A stretch of DNA of 64,000 bases, taken from Tubulanus polymorphus (lineage: Eukaryota > Animalia > Nemertea). Numbering within the stretch: position 1 is the first letter of the stretch; the number at the start of each line of letters is the position of its first letter. The DNA is taken from NCBI RefSeq assembly GCF_964204645.1, contig NC_134025.1, positions 24,036,299 through 24,100,298 of the forward strand. The letters are read 5' to 3'. Below are positions 36,400-48,600 of this stretch, piece by piece. The notes under the pieces are model-generated. The model made no database searches. It saw only the letters and a list, made by a program, of their open reading frames with translations, and was not told where the DNA came from. A program made the position numbers and the translations under genes.

Positions 36400-38804
36400 A
36401 TGCAACCGCTTATTTTACTACTAGGGGTAAGCCTGAATTGACGACCAATTCGATTCGATTTACAATCGGACAAAAATTGTTAGTAATCAATCTTACATTG
36501 CAGGTTTTGATTGTGGGTAAGTAGGCCCTAGACTAGTTTATTTTTCATCATGTACCCTAATTTTGATTAGAAAAATATTAGAAAAGATTAAGAATCGATT
36601 CAATTATTAAAGATTATCATAAGTGAGATATATTTCTGTGTTTTATGTTCAGGTATTGGCGCTACCGTCGATCAATCACGGATTCAGGTAAGTGATAATT
36701 TTCAAAATTTAAATTTTATTTGGAATTACTTACATATTGGCCTTATATTATGAGCTACGTTTAAACCTTTCAGAAACGAACGGCTGCGATAAGATATACG
36801 CAACAAAGATGGCCGCTAGGCATCGTGCCTTACATAATGACTGGGTTCAGTGAGTTAAGTTCTATATATGTATCCTTACGTTAATATGTTCTTAAGATCA
36901 TTCCCAAAATTGTATTCACAAGCATTTTGTAACTATATGCCTTAATGTCATTAAATAAGTAGAAATCTATATACGTAGGCCCTTGCAATTGTTTTTGTCC
37001 ATTACGTAACTGACTTGTTTCAATTACACGACTGTTTCAGCGGAAAACCAAAAAGCTGCGATACAGATGGCTATCAATGAACTAGAAACTGAGTTGGGGC
37101 CAAGATGCGTGCGCTTTGTACCGAAAGACAATCAATTTGATTACCTTAACATGAAAAATTCTCCGGCTAAAAAGTAATCGAATTCTAAATTCTAAAAGAT
37201 TGGCAACTACAGCAAATGTATTTTGCAGATATAGAAACTTTTGAATTTGAAGGTGTGGATCTGTGGTAGGAATGACGGGGAAGGAGCAAATAACAAACTT
37301 CGCTGCGACTTGCGTAGATGGTCTTCATCAAGGACTCATAAAACAGCAATTGTTGACTGTTTTGGGCATGAAACCCGAACATCGGCGACCCGATAGAGAT
37401 AAATACGTGACGATCATTACCGACAATATCAACCCAGGTATATGATCCAATGTGAAAATAATTTTATATCTCTTATTAGAATGATCTCCATCATTCTTTG
37501 GATGAGTTGATTACAGAAATCAAATTTGGAAATGTTAGATTTTCTCTTCATTATATATCATTTTTTCACTTAACCTGAAATGTTATCACCGCTTTAATAT
37601 CTTGAATTTGACATCAAGCGCAAACATACAGATTTCGTAAGGATCCGAGCGTCGAAACGTTTGGTCTACCATACGATTACGACAGTCTTCTACATTTCTC
37701 CGAGACGCAATTCGCCAAGTCAGTTGGACTGAAAACGATGATCCCGATAAAAAGTGGTGTGACCATCGGTCAGAGAACTCACCTGAGCAAATACGACATT
37801 CAAACCATTCACAAAATGTACAACTGCGGAGGTACTCATCGTATCATTAGGTTAAAAATTGACACCTTGTTTCTTCTAATCGGCCGGGTCATATTGTGAA
37901 CTGCACGTTTCATTTCTAAGCTACCGGGCCTGCCATATTTGTACATCATCTTGACATTTTTCAGGCTTCGTTTTTCCTCCTTTTTTGATTGTAGGAGATA
38001 TTAGTTTCTCCTGCAATTTTTCGGCAAATGCATGTGGATTCAGACCAAGACCTCCGGGTGACATCCTGCGATGGAAACGACTGTTGGCACCGTCACCAAG
38101 CGGCCCACCAAATGACCACACTGGAGATGGTATGGATATAGGTTCAATTAAATAAAGTCTTCAAATTTTTTTGAGGGACTGTTTTTTGAAAATTCGCCGT
38201 GGATAATTACAGGGCTCTATATGGGCATCGATATGACAGGAGAACAGAGAGGAGCGGGCGGGGCACTTCAGTTTGATCTACCCAAAAGTGATAAAGGATA
38301 TTGTATCACATTCTGGTACGTGAAGCTTGTTTCTTTCAAAGTGTAGATATGAAAATATCAATTTCAAAGATTTCCATTATTTCTCTATGATTTAGGTATT
38401 ACAGATATTCTAAGACGGAATTGACTTCGTGGTCATCAATAATTGCGTACAGAGCGAATGGATTTGTGAATCTGGGTCAGGTAGCCTCCCTTACACACCA
38501 TAAGAACTACCCATTAAACTGGATCGTATCCAAGAATCATTTCACCTGGCCATCCGACTCTGGGGTATCTATTATTTTGACATATCGTTTATCACCAGGA
38601 TATAGATTATCATAAATTCTAAACCCTTCATGCATGCACGTAATTCTTTCACTGTCTTGATCAACTGAAGGCTACGTATTCATAATTCGTTTTTCATCTT
38701 TTTTTCCTCAGCTGTTGTTGTACGCGGTGAAATCTGGAGGGTTCTACGGTCACAAGAATTTTGCTATTGACGACGTCAGCATACAGGAAGCGCCCACCTG
38801 CTAA
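36400..38804 (+). CDS. Secreted astacin-fold + MAM-domain protein, copy B, predicted catalytically inactive
   Basis: Same 11-exon structure as copy A, with the same QQLLTVLGMKPE (from 37344) and SLLHF substitutions. The frame is intact, with a one-codon indel in the MAM domain, and ends ISIQEAPTC-stop. Confidence 0.9.
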
Positions 38805-39322
38805 ACTGCAGATTCCCGTCATCTTTTGAAATGAAATCATTTTCTATTCAAAAGGTTGGCAATATATCTCTTAATAAATTTACTTTTCCTCACTTAAAGC
38901 TTGTTGTAGTAAATATGATTTTAGAGAAGATGCCAAGACACAAAGAAACAACGCAATAAGTTATAATATTAGCTCATGATTTTATTCATTAAGGTACCAG
39001 TTTATGTCAATCTTGACTAGAATCTAAAGACAGAATGACTAGAAAACTAAAACCTCTGTCCAAGTATCTCTTGTGCCCATCTAACACTAGATGTGTATAT
39101 ACATTTGATCTTTTCCATAGTGTACAAAACACATTAAAAAGCAGATTACTTAATCTAAAATAACATTATACATTTTTGTGCTCACACTTAAACGAAAGAT
39201 ACACCATACTAACATACTAGTTCATACAAAATATCCGGGCTTTGGTCCCATTTTATTTGGAATGTGTGGAAACCATGAATTTGACCTGCTGGAAATTTAA
39301 CTAAAATTTGCACTGAAATTTT

Positions 39323-41925
39323 TCAAACATTTTTCAATGCACACATAGGTGCCTTATGATGCCTGTGACAATGACAATATGGTGGATTACAGCAGGGTTG
39401 CACGAACGAATTTCTGAAGTTCGGATGTGCAAGCATAGTAGTAGGACTAAGGGTTGCAATATGATCCATAATAATCGGATACAAGGTTTCAAATAGTTCT
39501 ACATTATCGGGTAAGGACGGTAGTGGATACTGCTCGAACGGATCAAGTTCGATATCATAAACTAACGGTTTATTCGAATGATCATCCATGTTCTTACAAC
39601 TGAATGAATGTGAATGGAAAGGAGCAGTATCAAGATACAGGTTCTCCTTCGGAATACCTTGCGGGCAGTTTAATTTACGGAATGACGGGCTGTCGTCAAC
39701 GGTTTTATGAGTTTTGAAGTGAATTTTATAGTTTTTGTAGCGCATCGCGACGATGTTGTCGTCGCAGTAGAAGAACAACGTATCGTGAGATTTTCCATTT
39801 CGATGAATTAGTTCATTGAGGATGCTGTGACCGTCAAATATCTGCCTGAAGTTTTCAGTGATTCCTGCTACGTCCAACAAAGTTGGGAAAATATCCATAG
39901 TACTGATGATGCGACTGGACACTGTTCCAGGGGAGATTTTATCCTTCCACCAGGCTATTGCTGGCACCCGTAATCCTCCTTCAAAGAAGTTCCCCTTCCC
40001 ACCTATAAAGAAAGACGAAATTAATTTCAAATCTATAGAACCAATAAATACTCAGCATTGGCATTTCTAATTAACGTATTGCAATTCCTATAAAAACTTG
40101 GACCGAAGTTACAACTGTTCTCTAAGTAATTACAGTAATAGAATTTACCCCTGAGCTTGCCAGCACTGCCTCCTTCAGTGCAAACTTCCAAATGAGGACC
40201 GTGATCAGACAGAAATAACACCAGCGTATCAGTGTCGATTTCTAACAGTTTCAATGTGTCAATCACCTCTCCAACAGCCCAGTGCATTTCATTCACCATG
40301 TCTCCATAAGGACCTGCACAAATTGATATATGTAGTAGAAAGAGTGAACAGTAATAATCAAAGATGCTGGAAAAGAAAGCCCAAAATCAGTGATTAATCA
40401 AAAAGTTCTACTGGTTTTTACCGTATGTTTTTTGTATTACAGTATACTTATCATCAACATGTTTAAATTCATTTGTATATACAATGTACGCTGAGAATCC
40501 AAAATAAACTACATTACTATTATCTCTATTATTAGTATTACTATGCTATCATTATCATCGCAAGTCATTTGTCTTTTCTACCTCTTTTTGAACTGCCATT
40601 GAATCTTTCGCTAGCAAACATCGAGGAATGAGTTTGCGGCAGCGAAAAGTAAAGAAAGAACGGGTTTTCCTGTTGACTGTGATTATGGAGAAAAGTCTTC
40701 GCGTCATGGACAAGCTTCGATGTGAGATGCTTCGTTACGATAGGCTGCTCAACAATCGTACGATTATAGTAGAGAAATGACATCAGAGGATTTGGATAGG
40801 GTAAATGCAGCTGAAAATGATAAACAGAACTAATGATTAAATTGGATTTTTGTAATTCATCTATGCTAATAAGCTTATAGAGTCGCAATATAAGTCCATG
40901 TTATCACTTATCAAATCTAATAATTCAAGCTGTGAATATTCAAATAGATAAACAATTCCAAAACCAAAGATGATTGAAGCAAATAATGGATCGTAGTGGC
41001 GCCAGATATACAAATTCCTTCTCAAACATTCAATACAGTCTACATGTACTATCAACACTGCATGGTCGATGTGGAAGTCTGGTGACACCTGCAACAAATC
41101 AGCCAATGATAAGATGAACATGTAGCGCATATGTATTATAGTATACCTTAGTATCATCTGAATTCCAAACCAGACTGAACGGTAATATCGTCCCTACATA
41201 ATCAAATCCATGATTGTGAGGCAGAAAATTTCCATCATTACTCGTGAACTCATTGATTCCTTAAAAACCAAAATTGAGATTTCTGGAGGGAATATTTCAC
41301 ACACACACACACGCTAAATCAAACTATCGATCAAACTGTATTACCTAGATGCCACTTTCCAACTATTCCAGTCGTGTAGTTAGCAGTTTTCAAAGCTTCG
41401 GCAATCGTTATCTCGGATTTTGATAATCCGCTGAAGTGATTCGGAAAGAACACCCTTTCACCACCGATGACACCAGATCTCATGGGTAAGCGACCTGCAA
41501 CGTGAAAACACAATGAAAATTTTTGATAGGGTGATCGTAGTCTGAATACCAGATGTTGTTACAGTCCCCTACAACAAACGTTTCAGGAACAACGGCTAGA
41601 TACTAGACTAGGGTGATCGGGTTACTTGAAAATGACCCGGGCACTCCATATCAAGTAAAACATTACCAGTCAATAAGGCTCCTCGACTGGGAGTACAGTA
41701 TACATCAGCTGAATACCAATGTGTGAATTTCATGCCTTCCTGCGCCAACTCGTCGATGCGACCGAACTCCTGGTTTGGATGGCCATAACTTGACAGGTCT
41801 CCATAACCAAAGTCATCAGCCAATATCAGAATGATGTTGGGTGTTCTGTTCCGTTCAGCATGCAGCCCTGACGACGCAGTACCAAGAAATACGTGCACAA
41901 ATAACAGTACATGTACATATTTCAT
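39323..41925 (-). CDS. Secreted arylsulfatase (type I sulfatase, sea-urchin Ars-like), 6 coding exons
   Basis: Signal peptide [31 protein letters not shown], formylglycine motif [44 protein letters not shown] and C-terminal QPCCNPPYC. An in-frame upstream ATG at 41967 is an alternative start. Confidence 0.93.
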
Positions 41926-42204
41926 TATTGTTAATTGTGGCAGGATTATAGTCACTCGATTCGACATCCAGCTACCTGGAAATATATCAAACATGGCGCG
42001 TCTATGACCGTAACTGTAGTTGAGTAAAAACTTGGCATACGTCGATTTAAAACGCCCACCCCAGCACAAGCTGTGGCTCGTGCAAGTGACAGATGACAGA
42101 ACACAATAATATGACAACCGGAAACAATGTGATCTTATTTATTTCTATCGAAAGGTAATGGCTATTTCGGATTCTTCGAGAACTTACACTCTCGTGTCAG
42201 AGCT

Positions 42205-42385
42205 TAGACTGGTTTCCTGCCTCAATCATTCCGCATTTGGCAGTAGTTATAGACAGGTTGAAATCCCTAACAATTTAATTAAAATCCGCGTCAAATAGTG
42301 TTGGTAGAACTGAGTTACAGAGAAACCATAGAACTGAGCTAGAACTTGTCAAACTATTGGCGAAAATAGTCCGGCAACCAGTCTA
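42205..42385. mobile_element. 181-bp MITE in the arylsulfatase/TBCC divergent promoter region
   Basis: TIRs TAGACTGGTTTCCTG and CCGGCAACCAGTCTA. A short, internally deleted relative lies at 35283-35323. Confidence 0.6.
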
Positions 42386-42494
42386 GCCCAAAGCTTTGCA
42401 CGGTTATGCATTTCATTCATCTCAAGTCCATCCGTCAAGGTCGTTGCGCTTATTTGACATTTCTGAAGTTTGCTTGTAATAATTGCGCCTGAAA

Positions 42495-43520
42495 ATGACC
42501 GATAACTTTGATCCTGAACGGGGAATGAGTGATAAAACTTCTGATTTCAACAGCCAGAAGGTACAAGTTACTGAAAGGCTAAAGAAGAGGGATGACGACC
42601 GATTAGCAGATGCCCAGAAACGTAGAGAAGAAAAGGAAAGTTCGGCAGCACAAAACGAGACTATCGGTTTTTTCACTAAAGGATTCAAACAAGAAAAATT
42701 GAAAGTAGAATCATTACTGGAAGAATGCGAATCTCTATCAAAGCCTGCATTGACAAATCATTTCGATAAGTTGACCGTTTCAGTCCAGAACTTGCAAAAG
42801 TTCCTCACCGACTCAACGGTATTCTTGCCATCATACGAGGTGCAAGCAGCGCAGAAAGCTATCAACAAACTACAGGCTGCAATAACTGAAAAGCGAGAAG
42901 CCCTGATTCCGAAGAAGAAATTCGTTTTCAAGGGAAAATTAAAGAAGTCCGCCCCTGTGAAAGTAGCTGAAACAAAAACCGAAGACAGCGTTGATGGCTT
43001 CCGCGATACAACGAACTATGCGCTATTTGAATGTAGCTTTATCGATATGTGCGGACAACAGCTTTCAAAATCGGAAGAAGAAATCAACAACAAAGATGTA
43101 GCCCTTAGTAATCTAAGTGACTGTACGATTAAGCTGACCGGTGCACCGAGCGCCATGCATGTGAATAAGCTAAAGGACTGCGTAGTTCTCTGCGGTCCGA
43201 TCTCTGGATCTATATTCATCGATAACTGCTCGAACTGTTCATTCGTCGTCGCCTGTCAACAACTGCGAATTCACTCGACAACTGACTCGAAGTTTTACAT
43301 ACACGTCACCAGTCGAGCTATTATCGAAGACTGCAGTAACGTCGAATTCGCGCCTTATTGTTTCGCGTACGACCAAATCGATAGACATTATCTGATAGCC
43401 GGATTGGACAGGAAACGAAATAACTGGAATGATATTGATGATTTTAATTGGTTAGCTTCCGACACGCATTCTCCGAATTGGAGTTTGATAGAAGAAAGTG
43501 AACACAAGCATTGGAATTGA
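42495..43520 (+). CDS. TBCC: Tubulin-specific chaperone C (single coding exon)
   Basis: N-terminal three-helix region (FLTDSTVFLPSYE..PKKKFVFK) and C-CAP/cofactor C domain (GPISGSIFIDNC..ACQQLRIH..VTSRAIIEDC..FAPY..DDFNWL..SPNW). The first ATG is at 42495. Confidence 0.96.
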   Translation: MTDNFDPERGMSDKTSDFNSQKVQVTERLKKRDDDRLADAQKRREEKESSAAQNETIGFFTKGFKQEKLKVESLLEECESLSKPALTNHFDKLTVSVQNLQKFLTDSTVFLPSYEVQAAQKAINKLQAAITEKREALIPKKKFVFKGKLKKSAPVKVAETKTEDSVDGFRDTTNYALFECSFIDMCGQQLSKSEEEINNKDVALSNLSDCTIKLTGAPSAMHVNKLKDCVVLCGPISGSIFIDNCSNCSFVVACQQLRIHSTTDSKFYIHVTSRAIIEDCSNVEFAPYCFAYDQIDRHYLIAGLDRKRNNWNDIDDFNWLASDTHSPNWSLIEESEHKHWN

Positions 43521-44094
43521 ATACACCCATATAAAATGATTAATGGTTTTTTTATCTAATTTCATTTATTAATTAACAACTGTACCGAAAACCATTTATT
43601 TTGCTTTGACATTGGACAACAAATATTCCGCATAATTTATATCTCATTGTGAAATTGTTATACATTACTTTTAAAAAGGGTACCTTGAATAGCCATTTAA
43701 TGACAAGCTGAGCACCACGATAACTAATATTCAAATACAAGAAGGAATGTAATAAAGTTTATGCTTTGTATGTCTATTATGCTTTTAGGCTAATTGATAA
43801 ATAAATATGTACATGTATTATAATATCTCTTCTGCTTTCAATTGGTGAATAAATATATCTATATGAATTACTGAATTCTGAATAAATGTCTTTTTGATGC
43901 CTGTACATGTACTTGCAAAACTATCCATTTTCCTCAGTTCAACTGACTACTCATTACGTGATTCTTCACAATTCTGCCGCTGTTTCCTACCACTCCATGA
44001 AAAATAGTACCCTTGTGAGGTTTTCACCAAGCCCAGTTCATAAGAAAGCTGAAGACAACATTTTTGATACCAACACAAAACCAGCTCTGCTAGC

Positions 44095-47000
44095 TCAACT
44101 GCAGGCACATGATATCAGCTCTTGTTTATAATCCCAGTTGTTACCCCAGAATCCTGTACATAGGTATCCGCCAGGACCTCTAGATACAAAGTCTGGGCCA
44201 GTTATGACAAAGTCCGGAACCAAATTGGAAAACTGGAAAAGAATTACTTCTATGTAAAGGAAAGTGAACATCTTGATGCTAAAGCTGTTTTAAGGAAATT
44301 TTTCAAGTAAATAGATCAGTATGAATAAATATGGTTAACCATTTATTCAAAGCTTCTAACTTACTGGTGATCTAGTCATTGGAGGGATAGTTGGACTTGC
44401 TAGGCTGACAATATCCCTAAACCCTGATATCGAGTTGCCCAATAGAATTAATGCGAGCTTGTCCGAATGGTTCGGAGCTAAGAATAGAGCACCAGTTCGA
44501 TTTTGGTTAAATTTACAGCTGCCTAATCGTATACCTGAAAATATACGTCAATAGCTTATTAGAGAAATTCTTTTTTGAAAATGTTGTAAATCTGGCACCG
44601 AATATCTTGACATCATACATAATATTATCACCTCTATCACCTTTATTGTTGTGCTTAAGTGGTACATTTTCTAGGAATTGCTGTGTTAAACTATTTTCTT
44701 CAGGACTTCCAAGGAGAACCAGGTTATTTGATTCTGGAGATAACAAATGAAACATGTGAAGTGATGTTATACACCTGCATGTAGTACATAAAGAAAGACT
44801 CAGGTCATTTAATATCTGAAACAAACACATAAAAGTTTACCAACAACTCACCAATCAGTTCTGAAGTGCAGTCTCTATCTTTGACAATAGGAACATGTGC
44901 ATCGGATGTTAAGTAAAAGAGATTGGAAATATAAATTGCCGATTCCAGCAAAACTTGATCGACATCTGGATTGAGCAGGGTACCTGGAAAAGAATAATTA
45001 ATAAGTAACAATTATATTGAATGTATACGATTCTCTCTCCAAGATGAGCACATACCAATAACTATTATAAATGGCTTTTCAGCTACTCTCCTAGCAGGTC
45101 CCATATTAACTGGTGTTCTGCCTTTTATTTGTTCAGCAGGCTGCCATACGCCTAAAAATATGACAACAATACGGTATTTTTTTACAGGATATGAAGGTGA
45201 TGTTTGGTTTAGGGTAGAATATTCACCTTCAATTGACTTTGAAAAAACACCAAATTGTCCAGAAAGTGGGTCTCCATCGATCAATAGATTCCGATCATTC
45301 CATCGTACCGGTTGTGTACCTGCGTATCTCAGAGAAAAGCTTGCCACGTTCACAGTATCAACCACAGCATTTTCTCCATCAACTTTGACCTCACGTAAAA
45401 GGATAAAATATTATCTATACAAACCGTTTCTCCTATTTTACGAAACTCAAAAATAAAATGTCGACAAACGGCACCTGTATTTTACTGGTCCGGTATGGTA
45501 TGGACTGTTGAAGAATCCTCACACCGTGCAAACTTTCACCAAAAGCCGGATTCATCACAGTTAATGTAAATTCTTTAAGGTCATTGATAGTAGCTGAGTA
45601 TTTGGATGAAGGTTTTTCTTTCTGGCAAATGTCATCACCGCGAATGCATGCTGCCAGGTCATCAGGAATAGTAGAGTATTCCGCGGTAAATGAACGAAGG
45701 CTTGGATCATTAACTGCACCACCATCATTAGTCAACCTGTAATTCATTCAGTGTTAATCCATCAAAGCTTAAAACTTATTAAAAGATATCATGCCATATA
45801 CGGGTACACTTACCAGGTATCCCACCACCAGTGCTCTTTGCCAGGTAATTCAGAGTATGTAACATTTGCTTTTTGTTCTATTAATACGCGTTGCATTCGT
45901 CGTGTGAAGTAAGGATGAACTGTTCGGTCATTCGATCCAATTCTGGTCAGTATAGGTATATCCTGAGTAAATCGATGAGAAACTTTACCTTAGAAATTTG
46001 CTATTAAAATCTTGAGTATCTTAGTTTTACCAGAACTTCAAATTCAGTGATGATACAAAAGATATTAAGAACCTTCAAATTAGAGCTCAGCCTATCAGCG
46101 TCATTCTCTGCTATACACATTTCCATCACAGCTTTTGTCATTGGATCAACAGAACTTGTAGATACATCATGCCTACGACAATACAATCATGTAAGATTTG
46201 AATGCAAAAGTCATTAAGACTTCGAATTTGTGATAACCAAACTAGCATTATTATGAAAAATCATCACAACGACTTCCTTACTTGAAAAATAAGTTGCTGT
46301 CGCCATATTCTTCTTTTTTGATCCAGCCGGCTAGAGATATGACGGCTAATGCTCGATCAGGAAAATGAGTAGCTAAATGCCACGCTCCATGTCCTCCCAT
46401 TGAATGTCCTCAGATTGGTGAAAGTTCATGTATTATTTTTCACATGTTATAAATGCAGGTATGTGAATCAAGGTAGCGTAGGCTTACCTGCAAATATGAT
46501 TGCTTTCCTAGTTGCTTTGTCTTTTATGAAGTCAGCATGCCCAGTAAGAGTTTCAAGAGCATTTGCAGCAGACATAGCTGTTAATGCGCCTGGACCTTCC
46601 CAATTATGGGCACCATGTCTGAAAAAGTTAGTGATTTCGTAAAACAAAACATATCAATTAACAAAAAGGATCGACCGGCAATTTCACTACTAATGATGAG
46701 CACTTATTATACATACCTTGTAGGTGCTAACAACCATGCCCCTTCGACGCCAAAAACATACTCTCCATCGACCATGTGTTTATAGCTGTCGGCCTGATTT
46801 TGTACGGGAACACTTGTACCGTGTAAGGACAACACAATCGAACACAAACGTCCCGAGCAGGCTGATCTAGGATATACAGCAGCGGCGTGTTGTACCGAAC
46901 CGTCATGATCTACGAATGTGAAAATGAATGATTGATCCAATCTTCTGCATCGCAATTTCGATGAAACCGACTTCTGACCATCGGATGTCAGCACCGAAAA

Positions 47001-48415
47001 TACAAGAGTTACATCATTACAAGCCGAAGATATCTTTGATGACGAAGACGTCATTTGAACGATCACCGGACGAACTTGTCCCGGAGCGATCGGAATAGTT
47101 TTCGATGTCTTAACTAATTCGCAATCTAAAACCTCCTCACCGCTAGATTGACTAGTCACGGAAATCTTTTTCACTTCGAGCCATTTTACGGAATGCATAT
47201 TCATAATAGGTATCGATACAAATCGTCCGACTAGATTTCCATCGTAAAGATCCGGTAGAATTGTAATGGGTAATACGTCCCAACTCGGTTGGGGAGCGAT
47301 ATCGACATTGCATTGAAATACCTGTGTCCCCTGAGCCCGCAACTTCACGTATATCGTATGAATGCCTTTCGCTAATGCGACAGAAAATTGAAAATGATTA
47401 CGTCTATACACATCACCCGTGACTGGTCGAAAATCAATATACATAGTATGAACTCCGAGACACTGAAATACAATATTCATGTTGTCTTCATTGACAGCAA
47501 AATCGGAGACCGCCCATCCTTGCCATTCTGTAAGAGCTAAAGACCCCATACTGTTTATAAGCTCTTGCCAGTTCACGTTCGGAGTTATCTTGATATTTTC
47601 TTCGGCGTGGCTCTGTTTGATTTTCATCCATTTTACCTCACTGCCCGAAATCAATTCCGAATAAAATTTCGACGCCTTAGCGTATCTGTAGTTTGCAGCC
47701 TTATGTATACCACCGATCGGATCTCCATCAAATTCAGTTTTTCCGACTGAAAATGGCGCGACGTAATGCCATAAAGTGAAATACGGACTGATCCGCCCAG
47801 ACAACTTGCTGGCTTGTTTGAAACTATTGTTGATGAGTGATGGAACTACCCCGAGATCTTTATAGCAGCTGCCTAAAGTAGACCATAACCAGCCGTCCTG
47901 GTTATCTTCTTTCAGCTTACTGATGAGGCATGGCACGGCCTTCACGCACTGGTTGGTTGAAAAATAAAAAACAAACAAAGCTAAAATTTAAAATGATTAA
48001 TGAAGTATTATAAAGGCAAGTCAAGATCAAAGGTATAAAAAATCTTTGGTAAAAAATACTCTTGTTATTACTGTATTACCTTTCCAGTAAGCCGGTAATG
48101 CTCAATCAAATACGGAAATTTTGCCCCATGCGTATCGATTCCACACTTAACTTTCTCCTTCTCCAGACGCTGGCTTTCTTTTTCAAGCAACTCTTCAGAT
48201 GTTTTCTTTAAATAAAAAGATCATAATTCATCAGTGGAATTCTTATGTTCATCGAAAGTTTTATACACAGACTATATACAATTACAAATAAGCAAATTTG
48301 CACGGTTCTAAAGCATTTTTTCGGCATTGCTTACCAAAATCTTTGCTTTCTTCGAATTGACCGATATCAACATTGACAATAGATACACTGTAAAGAATTG
48401 TTTGAACCACATCAT
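44095..48415 (-). CDS. Uncharacterised secreted alpha/beta-hydrolase (peptidase S9-like), resembling the fungal ARB_06907-type secreted proteins
   Basis: Signal peptide MMWFKQFFTVYLLSMLISVNS, VLSLHGT, LLAPTR-HGAHNWEGPG, nucleophile elbow IFA-GHSMGGHGAWH (about 46400), H-WWWDT and C-terminal VPDFVITG..GPGGYLCTGFWGNNW. The family assignment is from recalled motifs, not a search. Confidence 0.78.
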
Positions 48416-48600
48416 TGGAGTGAGGGGTGAAAGTAGAAGGATTTCCACAAAATTGTACAGGCTTCAGTTAGGTGACCAATTCAATTCAATAAGGTGACCA
48501 TAAGGTGGCGCCGCCTACTGTCTGTCAAGCTAAAACCAGGAAGTGATTTGTTTACAAATGTCATGTCTGTACTAGAAATTTGAAATTGAAGTGTCTATGT
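48416..48600. promoter_or_regulatory. Compact bidirectional promoter between the hydrolase and TECPR2
   Basis: Only 185 bp separate the two divergent start codons. It contains an ETS-type CAGGAAGTG (about 48537) and two AGGTGACCA copies (about 48470 and 48492). Confidence 0.6.

Noticed and set aside
40861-41157. 98-aa hydrophobic ORF suggesting steroid-sulfatase-like TM helices
   Set aside because: The flanking exons join directly ([15 protein letters not shown]), as in TM-less sea-urchin-type arylsulfatase, so this stretch is intronic.
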